Shown: positions 25,664 through 32,000 of the stretch, in pieces | Layout of the letters: the number at the start of each line of letters is the position of its first letter | Numbering within the stretch: position 1 is the stretch's first letter | Assembly (NCBI GenBank): GCA_022646745.1 | Contig: CP060262.1 | Coordinates: 2,850,001 to 2,882,000 of the forward strand | DNA: 32,000 nt | DNA from: Planctomycetales bacterium | GTDB lineage: Bacteria > 4484-113 > JAFGCY01 | Direction: 5' to 3' | Translations under genes and position numbers: made by a program | The notes under the pieces: model-generated | Seen by the model: the letters and a program-made list of their open reading frames with translations, nothing else | Databases searched by the model: none | What the model was told of the DNA's origin: nothing

Positions 25664-27793
25664 GTGCCCGGCCAGCTCCCCCTTGTTTCCTACATCCTCG
25701 TGAACTGGAACACGGAGGAACTGCTGCCCCGCGCACTGGACTCGATCGCCGCCCAGGACTTCCCGCTCAGGGAAGTGATCCTCGTCAACAATGACAGCCC
25801 CGGGTTCAGCGAGCTGGACCTGTCCGCTTATGACATGAAGGTGGTGCAGGCCGGTGGCAACAGGGGCTTCGCCGAGGGCAACAACATCGGCATCCGCGAG
25901 AGCCGTGGTGACGTTGTCGTGCTGCTGAACTGTGATGCAGCGCTGGAGCCTGGATTCACGAAACGTGCGGTGGAAGTGCTGGAGACCCGTCCGCGCTGCG
26001 GCACGGTGGTACCGAAGATCCTGCGTGACGACATGAGTGGCACGCTGGACAGTACCGGACACCTGATGCGCGAGGACCGCACCCCGCTGAACCGCGGTGC
26101 TGGTGAGCCTGACAATGGCCTGTATGACATGCCTGGCCCGGTGTTTGGTGGTACGGCGGCGGCGATTGCCTACCGCCGTGAGATGCTGGAGCAGGTCAGC
26201 ATGGACGTAGAGGTGTTCAGCCGGGACTTCTTCGCCTACTTCGAGGATGTCGACCTGGACTGGCGCGCCCAGCTGGCTGGCTGGGAAGCCTGGTACGAGC
26301 CGGCCTGCCGGGCGATCCACCGCGGGCATGGCAGCGGTGGCCGCGCGGGCACCCGCATTCAGCGCATCGCCGAGAAGAACCGCTACCTGATGCTCGTCCG
26401 CAATGACACGATTGCCAGCCAATTGCCGATGTGGATCCCGCTGGCAATCTACGAAACATGGCACTTTCTCATGACGCTGCTGCGGCCCTGGGTCTGGCCC
26501 AGCCTGCTGTCATTCCTGGCCTGCCTGCCCCGCGCGCTACATTACCGCAGCTGGTCCCGCCGGCACAGGCGCATTCCGCAGGGTCGCGTCGCTGCGCAGT
26601 TCATCCAGCGCGGCAGCATGCTGCCCCCGACCGTCGCCGCAAGCGGCAAGCTGGCTGGTGGCAGTCCAGAACAGGATGAGGAGCGCTATCCATTGGTAAG
26701 CATCCTTATCATCAACTTCAATGGCTTGTCCCTGACACGGGCCTGCCTCGAATCAGCCCTGCTGCAGACATATGAGAACTGCGAAATCATCGTGATTGAC
26801 AACGGCAGCGAAGCGGATGAGGCCAGCCTGCTGGCAATGGACTTCCCGCAGCTGCGCATCCACCGCCTCGAGCACAACCTTGGCTTCAGTGGCGGGGTGA
26901 ACTGGGCGGTCTCCCTCAGCAAGGGGGACTACATTGCCCTCGTCAACAATGACAGTGTGATGGACCCGGACTGCATCGCCAACCTGATGTACGCCCAGCG
27001 GCGCACGGGGGCAGATGCCGTCAGCGGGCGGCTGGTTGACATCACGGAGCGTAACCAGGTGGTGCCGCTGCTGAATGCGCTGGCGATTGAGCAGGAGGAT
27101 GATGTCGTCTGGGACCTGCTGCAAGCTTCAATGGATGCACTAGAGGAATCCCGCCGCAACCACGGCCTGTCAATCTACGGCTACATCGTGCGCGACAGCT
27201 TTGCAGGTCAGGACACCTGCTTCTATCCCAGTGGCGGACTGTGCCTGCTGAAGCGTAGCAGTGTGAGCCTGTGGCTGCCGCAGTTCTTCCCGCAGCAGTA
27301 CTTCGCCTACCAGGAGGATGTCTGGCAGGGCTTTGCGCTGCGCCATGCCGCTGGCAGGATTGCCAAGGCCCCGGCGGCAGCGGCGGTGCACCTCGCATCA
27401 AGCAGCACCCGCAGCCTCGGAAGACCGCGCCTGCGCTTCTACCAGGAGCGCAACCGCATCATGAACCTGCTGTGCTGGCTGCCGGCCTCGGTTATCTGGT
27501 GCATGCTGCCCATGTACTGGCTTGTCGGCCTGCTGGCCGGACTGAGGTCATTGTTCACGAAACCGGCCGACTGGCTCGGTGAAGTGGCGGCACATTGCTG
27601 GCTGGCAACGCATCCACTGCAGATCCTGCGCATGCGGCAGGAATGGCGCAGCCGTGGCAATGCTGACAAGGAAATGCTGGCGATGCTCAGCGGGCAGGTG
27701 CGGGGCAGTGGCGGGGCGCTCAACCGCCTGAGCCTGGCCTGGTGCCGGCTGGTGGGTATAGATTGCCTGGAGACATCGCGTAAGGAGAACTGA
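25664..27793 (+). CDS. tandem family-2 glycosyltransferase (two GT2 domains) with C-terminal TM segment
   Basis: Two GT2 N-terminal signatures (VSYILVNWN...VILVNNDS and VSILIINFN...IIVIDNGS), each followed by a DxD-type motif (LLNCDAA, LVNNDSV). Hydrophobic LLCWLPASVIWCMLPMYWLVGLLAGL near the C-terminus. GTG start. Confidence 0.8.
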   Translation: MPGQLPLVSYILVNWNTEELLPRALDSIAAQDFPLREVILVNNDSPGFSELDLSAYDMKVVQAGGNRGFAEGNNIGIRESRGDVVVLLNCDAALEPGFTKRAVEVLETRPRCGTVVPKILRDDMSGTLDSTGHLMREDRTPLNRGAGEPDNGLYDMPGPVFGGTAAAIAYRREMLEQVSMDVEVFSRDFFAYFEDVDLDWRAQLAGWEAWYEPACRAIHRGHGSGGRAGTRIQRIAEKNRYLMLVRNDTIASQLPMWIPLAIYETWHFLMTLLRPWVWPSLLSFLACLPRALHYRSWSRRHRRIPQGRVAAQFIQRGSMLPPTVAASGKLAGGSPEQDEERYPLVSILIINFNGLSLTRACLESALLQTYENCEIIVIDNGSEADEASLLAMDFPQLRIHRLEHNLGFSGGVNWAVSLSKGDYIALVNNDSVMDPDCIANLMYAQRRTGADAVSGRLVDITERNQVVPLLNALAIEQEDDVVWDLLQASMDALEESRRNHGLSIYGYIVRDSFAGQDTCFYPSGGLCLLKRSSVSLWLPQFFPQQYFAYQEDVWQGFALRHAAGRIAKAPAAAAVHLASSSTRSLGRPRLRFYQERNRIMNLLCWLPASVIWCMLPMYWLVGLLAGLRSLFTKPADWLGEVAAHCWLATHPLQILRMRQEWRSRGNADKEMLAMLSGQVRGSGGALNRLSLAWCRLVGIDCLETSRKEN

Positions 27794-28258
27794 TTGGACG
27801 ATTCACTACCGCTGCCGGCTAGCCGTGTCCGCGAAATCAGTGCACGGGAAACATGGCCCGTACGGCATGCCGTACTGCGCCCCGGGCAGCCATTGTCATC
27901 CTGCGACTATGACATCGACAGCATGCCCGGCTCCTTCCACCTGGGTGTGTTCAATGGCGAAGATCTCGTCACCATCGGCAGTTTCTACCCGGACCCGCAT
28001 CCTGAGCTTGATGGAACCAGCCAGTTCCGCCTGCGCGGGATGGCAACGCTGCAATCACAGCAGGGCAGGGGATATGGCTTCAAGCTGCTCGATGAGGCAG
28101 TCTCACGCCTCCGCATGCAGAGCTGCGACATGCTGTGGTGCAACGCACGGGTCAGTGCGGCTGGCTACTACATCAAGTTCGGCATGCAGCGCATTGGTGA
28201 GGAATTTGATATCCCGAACATCGGGCCACATTGGCTGATGTACATGCGGCTGGACTGA
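27794..28258 (+). CDS. GNAT family N-acetyltransferase
   Basis: Acetyl-CoA pocket motif QQGRGYGFKLLDEAV. AAGGAG lies 6 nt upstream of the TTG start, which immediately follows the GT2 stop. Confidence 0.7.
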   Translation: MDDSLPLPASRVREISARETWPVRHAVLRPGQPLSSCDYDIDSMPGSFHLGVFNGEDLVTIGSFYPDPHPELDGTSQFRLRGMATLQSQQGRGYGFKLLDEAVSRLRMQSCDMLWCNARVSAAGYYIKFGMQRIGEEFDIPNIGPHWLMYMRLD

Positions 28259-28311
28259 AAGCCTCCTACTGCTTTGGTGGTACAAGAAGAACATCTATAT
28301 GGAGCAGAATC

Positions 28312-28866
28312 ATGGACAAGGCATTCAACGACGGACCACAGCTCGGGATCTCACTGGACACGATGCGCAGCTGGATCAGCTGGCAGCTGGACAAGTGGGA
28401 GGAATGGGACAAGGAGCAGTCAGACGACTCCTGGCTCAGGATCGAGACCGGCAACAGCCACTGGCCGACCGCAGACCGCCTGCTGGTCCATGCCTTCGCC
28501 CCGGTCCGTCGCTATGCGGAGCGCATCCTCGGCAATGAGCCCTTTGACGACAAGGCCCTGCAGGCGGACAGCTTCGCTGAGCTGGCAGCCTTCGGCCGTG
28601 AATGCCTCGCGATCCACGCCAGTGCCTCAGCGACATTCACGACTGAGCAGGCCAGGGCTGAGACCAAGTACCAGACCCGCAGTGCCGGCGAGTGGACCAT
28701 CACTCCCGAGGAAGCACTGGTGCATGCCCTGACGCATTGCTACTGGCACCTCGGTGGGGTCGTGCACCTGCTGCGCGCGAACAACATCGCCCCGCCGCAG
28801 TGGAACGACCTGATCTTCTACGCCGCCGGCCTGCACGAGCAGGACCAGTCTGCCTCACAGGGCTGA
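28312..28866 (+). CDS. DinB-like (DinB_2 superfamily) protein
   Basis: His pattern LLVHAF ... HALTHCYWHLGG is typical of the DinB four-helix-bundle metal triad. GGAG lies about 7 nt before the ATG at 28312; the ORF track start is 28231. Confidence 0.5.
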   Translation: MDKAFNDGPQLGISLDTMRSWISWQLDKWEEWDKEQSDDSWLRIETGNSHWPTADRLLVHAFAPVRRYAERILGNEPFDDKALQADSFAELAAFGRECLAIHASASATFTTEQARAETKYQTRSAGEWTITPEEALVHALTHCYWHLGGVVHLLRANNIAPPQWNDLIFYAAGLHEQDQSASQG

Positions 28867-28978
28867 AGCGAGGGACTCCCGGGCCGATAAGCAATTTGTA
28901 GCAGCATTCTGAGCACCTCCGTGCAGGTTCCTGCGTCAGAATAATCAGGGAAGTAACTGCTGCGGACAGGAGATCGCA

Positions 28979-29632
28979 ATGGGAAAGCTGAATCTGAACG
29001 GGCCCGTCAAACTGACCGACTACATCCTGCCGGTGCTGTGCTTCATTGCCAGCTGGGCCATCGGCGGCTGGTTCTACTCTCAGATGCCGGCGGAGGTGCC
29101 GGTGCACTGGGGTCTCAACGGCCAGCCGGACCGCTTCGGCAGCCGCTTTGAGGGGGCCTTTGCAGTGCCGATCATCCTCACCCTGCTGACCATCATGTTC
29201 GCCTTCCTGTCTCGGACCCGGGCCGGCCGCCTGATGCTGGCCTGTGCCTGGATCACCGGCCTGTTCATGATCGCCATCCAGTACGTGATCGGCATCAACT
29301 CCCTCGGCGTCGGCGTGGATGTAGGCCGATTCGTGATGCTGAGCATGGCCGGCCTGTTCCTGGCGCTGGGCTTCATCGTGCCGATGATGCCACAGAACCG
29401 CTGGGGCGGCTTTCGCAACAGCTATACGCTGAGTGACATGCGTGTCTGGCAGAGCACAAACAAGCTCGGCGGCAGGATGCTGCTGCTGACGGGACTGCTG
29501 ATCATCCCGCTGGCCTTCGCCCCGCCGCTGGTTTCCTTCGTGGCCAGCTTCGTGGTGATCACGGTCTGCATCGTGGTGGTACCGATGTTCCACAGCATGA
29601 AGCACTACCGCCAGCTCAAGGGCCAGCACTGA
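28979..29632 (+). CDS. SdpI/DUF1648 family membrane protein
   Basis: VPVHWGLNGQPDRFGS (DUF1648-type N-terminus) and NRWGGFRNSYTLSDMRVWQSTNK (SdpI-type motif). Multi-TM. GGAG upstream. Confidence 0.7.
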   Translation: MGKLNLNGPVKLTDYILPVLCFIASWAIGGWFYSQMPAEVPVHWGLNGQPDRFGSRFEGAFAVPIILTLLTIMFAFLSRTRAGRLMLACAWITGLFMIAIQYVIGINSLGVGVDVGRFVMLSMAGLFLALGFIVPMMPQNRWGGFRNSYTLSDMRVWQSTNKLGGRMLLLTGLLIIPLAFAPPLVSFVASFVVITVCIVVVPMFHSMKHYRQLKGQH

Positions 29633-29653
29633 CTCTAGGTCATAATATGGGGC

Positions 29654-30784
29654 ATGCACTATGACGTGATCGTCGCGGGCATGGGCATCCATGGCCTGAT
29701 GACGACATACATGCTTGCCCGGCGCGGACTGAAGGTGGTCGCGCTGGAACCCGAAATGGTCGGGCACGATCTCGGATCATCCCACGGAATGACGAGGGTG
29801 CACCGCCGTGCCTACTTCGAAGCCCCGTTTTATGTGCCGTTGCTGAAGCGCGCGGACGAAATCTGGCAGCAGCTCACTGATGAGTGGGAGTTGCCCGTAC
29901 TGAGCCGTACCGGTGTGCTGGTGATCGGGCCGGATGACGGCCGGCTGGCATCCGGTTCGCTGGCCTCCGCCCGTGAGCATGGCATCCCGGTGGATGTGAT
30001 GTCCCCGGACGAAGCAATGCTGCGCTGGTCCGGGCTGCACATCCCTCAGGACCACGTTGCCATCTTTGAGCCGGAGGGTGGTGTGTTGCAGGTGGAACAG
30101 GTGCTGCATCGCCTGAAGCTGATGGCCGGCAGCATGGGGGCGAAATTCATGGAGGGCTGCGGCCTGGTGCGCTGGGAGGCTTGCCCGGACGGAGTGAAGG
30201 TGCGGCATGAACAGAAGGATCCGCTGATCGAGGCCGGCTGGCTGGTGCTGGCAACCGGCGCGAATCTGGTGGAAACCTGCAGGCTTGACCTGCCGCTGCA
30301 GGTAGAGCGCCAGTACCAGGTTGTGTTCATGCCGAAGCAGCATGGCCTGTATTCAGCATCGGATTTCCCGGCCATCGCGATCGACCGTGGCGATGAGCTG
30401 ATGACCTACGGCATCCCGGACTTTGGCAACGGAGTCAAGCTGGCCTTCCACCACGGCGGGCGCAGCGGCATCCCCGACCGGGATGGACGCGTGGTTACTG
30501 AGATGGAAGTCAACAGGCTGCGGGAAGTTGCCAGTGAGTGGCTGCCACAGGCCTGTGGGGAAGTCACTGGCAAGTGGACCTGCCTCTATACGAATACGCC
30601 GGATGAGCAGTTCATCATCGACTGGCACCTGGCTTCGCGGCGTGTACTGCTATTGAGCTGTTGCAGCGGGCACGGCTACAAGTTCGGCCCGGTGGTCGGG
30701 GAGATTGCAGCCCAGATGATTGCAGACGGTGGCAGCAGTCATGACATCTCTGAATTCAGGATCGGGAGATTCACCGGGAACTGA
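29654..30784 (+). CDS. solA: FAD-dependent N-methyl-L-tryptophan / monomeric sarcosine oxidase family enzyme
   Basis: Collinear with remembered E. coli SolA: YDVIVAGMGIHG dinucleotide fold, GSSHGMTRVHRRAY, CLYTNTPDEQFIID (flavinylation Cys position), SGHGYKFGPVVGEIAA. Confidence 0.8.
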   Translation: MHYDVIVAGMGIHGLMTTYMLARRGLKVVALEPEMVGHDLGSSHGMTRVHRRAYFEAPFYVPLLKRADEIWQQLTDEWELPVLSRTGVLVIGPDDGRLASGSLASAREHGIPVDVMSPDEAMLRWSGLHIPQDHVAIFEPEGGVLQVEQVLHRLKLMAGSMGAKFMEGCGLVRWEACPDGVKVRHEQKDPLIEAGWLVLATGANLVETCRLDLPLQVERQYQVVFMPKQHGLYSASDFPAIAIDRGDELMTYGIPDFGNGVKLAFHHGGRSGIPDRDGRVVTEMEVNRLREVASEWLPQACGEVTGKWTCLYTNTPDEQFIIDWHLASRRVLLLSCCSGHGYKFGPVVGEIAAQMIADGGSSHDISEFRIGRFTGN

Positions 30785-31565
30785 ATGCCATGAGGGTAAT
30801 GCTGGCGGCATGGGCCAGCAGCAGGTCCTGGATCGGGGTCGTGACCGGGTCACCCTCACATTGGCCGGCTGCATACCTGTTGAGGCGCAGCACTTGCACA
30901 CCCGTGAAACCGGCATCCTGCAGCAACTGGATGTAACTCTCGCAGGAAAGCGCCGAGGCGTAAGCGGCGGATGCATCCTCGCGTCCGGCCAGCCCTGCCT
31001 TTCCTTCGCAGTCCTCAACCACCAGGTCGCTGACAACCAGGCGTCCACCCGGTCGGAGCACGCGATGGGCTTCGCTGAAGGCACGTGCGCGGTCCGGCGC
31101 GAGATTCAGCACGCAGTTTGACAGCACCACATCAATACTGCCATTGAAGAAAGGCAGGTCCTGGATGTCACCTTCGCGAAACTCAGTGTTGAACAGGGAC
31201 TCGTTGTCGCGCAGCTGTTGCTCAGCATCGCGCGACAGTGCCAGCATCTCACGAGAGAAGTCAACGCCGTACACCTTGCCGGTCTTGCCAACCATCCGAG
31301 CGGCACTGATCACATCACGTCCGGCTCCGCTGCCAAGGTCCAACACCGTTTCACCGGGCTGCAGCCTGGCAAGCTCCACTGGATTGCCACAGGACAGTCC
31401 GGCAGTGGATGCTGGAAAGGATATGGCGCCAGCACCGGGAGCTGCTTGCATGGCAGGGGCATCGCCGCAATGGCCGCAGCCACCACTGCCGCAGCATTCG
31501 TCCTGCTGCTGGCTGGCAATCTCTCCATAGGCTTGCCTGACTGTATCGGAATTGTTTGGCTGCAT
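30771..31565 (-). CDS. arsM: ArsM-like SAM-dependent methyltransferase
   Basis: VRQAYGEIA, an N-terminal Cys cluster CCGSGGCGHCG, GLSCGNPVELARLQPGETVLDLGSGAGRDV, and VYGVDFSREML. The 3' end overlaps the convergent solA by 14 nt. Confidence 0.6.
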   Translation of the reverse strand: MQPNNSDTVRQAYGEIASQQQDECCGSGGCGHCGDAPAMQAAPGAGAISFPASTAGLSCGNPVELARLQPGETVLDLGSGAGRDVISAARMVGKTGKVYGVDFSREMLALSRDAEQQLRDNESLFNTEFREGDIQDLPFFNGSIDVVLSNCVLNLAPDRARAFSEAHRVLRPGGRLVVSDLVVEDCEGKAGLAGREDASAAYASALSCESYIQLLQDAGFTGVQVLRLNRYAAGQCEGDPVTTPIQDLLLAHAASITLMAFSSR

Positions 31566-31583
31566 CAGCCGGAATTGTAACCG

Positions 31584-32000
31584 CTACTCGGGCTTCTGGC
31601 TGGTTTCCTCGATGGCATCCAGGTCCAGGCGGTGGTCCATCCGCTCAACCTTGGTACGCAGGTAGCGTGCCAGCTCGGGGCCGACAGCACCCTTGATCGG
31701 GACCGGTACACGGCTGGTGATGCGTACGCGGAAGCTTTCGAGGCCGATGATCTTCGCCGGGTTGTTTGTCATCAGGCGGATGCTCTTCACACCGAGGTCC
31801 TCGAGCATCGCATTGCCCATCCAGTACTCGCGCATGTCAGCCGGCAGGCCGAGCGCGATGTTGGCATCGTAGGTATCCATGCCTTGGTCCTGCAGGTTGT
31901 AGGCGCGGATCTTGTTTATCAGGCCGATCCCGCGGCCCTCCTGGCGGAGGTACAGCAGCACACCGCGACCCTCTTCAGCGATCATCTGCAGCGCCTGCTC
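31584..32000 (-). CDS. ribA: GTP cyclohydrolase II domain (RibA or C-terminal half of RibBA), 5' end outside the window
   Basis: [38 protein letters not shown]...[11 protein letters not shown]. The frame stays open to base 32000 (EQALQ precedes the listed Met). Confidence 0.85.
   Translation of the reverse strand, partial: EQALQMIAEEGRGVLLYLRQEGRGIGLINKIRAYNLQDQGMDTYDANIALGLPADMREYWMGNAMLEDLGVKSIRLMTNNPAKIIGLESFRVRITSRVPVPIKGAVGPELARYLRTKVERMDHRLDLDAIEETSQKPE

Overview
GC-rich, densely coding bacterial chromosomal segment with about 30 CDS and one tRNA-Lys(CUU). I saw no CRISPR array, transposase, integrase or rRNA. Most genes are ordinary: a DASS anion symporter, a multi-PAS hybrid histidine kinase, a PqqB-like MBL protein, MsrB, UbiE/MenG, three metallopeptidases (M50B, M1, M3), an ABC-F ATPase, a tandem GT2 glycosyltransferase, GNAT, DinB-like, SdpI-like, SolA/MSOX, an ArsM-like methyltransferase and a partial RibA. 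The standout is a minus-strand block at 9104-11838 made of four genes with overlapping stop and start codons. In transcription order these are a two-domain nucleotidyltransferase with a degenerate active-site motif, a zinc-ribbon plus 4-TM membrane protein ending in CTSCSSCGGGCGGGCGGGCGGCG, a DUF692 (MNIO-family) enzyme with its metal-ligand motifs intact, and a small partner-like protein. I read this as an uncharacterised MNIO modification system whose substrate is the Cys/Gly tail of a membrane-anchored protein rather than a small leader-core peptide. Directly upstream on the same strand is an SLH-domain beta-barrel porin carrying a 12-Cys metallothionein-like insertion and an EF-hand-like loop. 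Its intrinsic terminator ends only 17 nt before the operon's first start codon. All calls come from reading the translations and DNA by eye; no searches were run.
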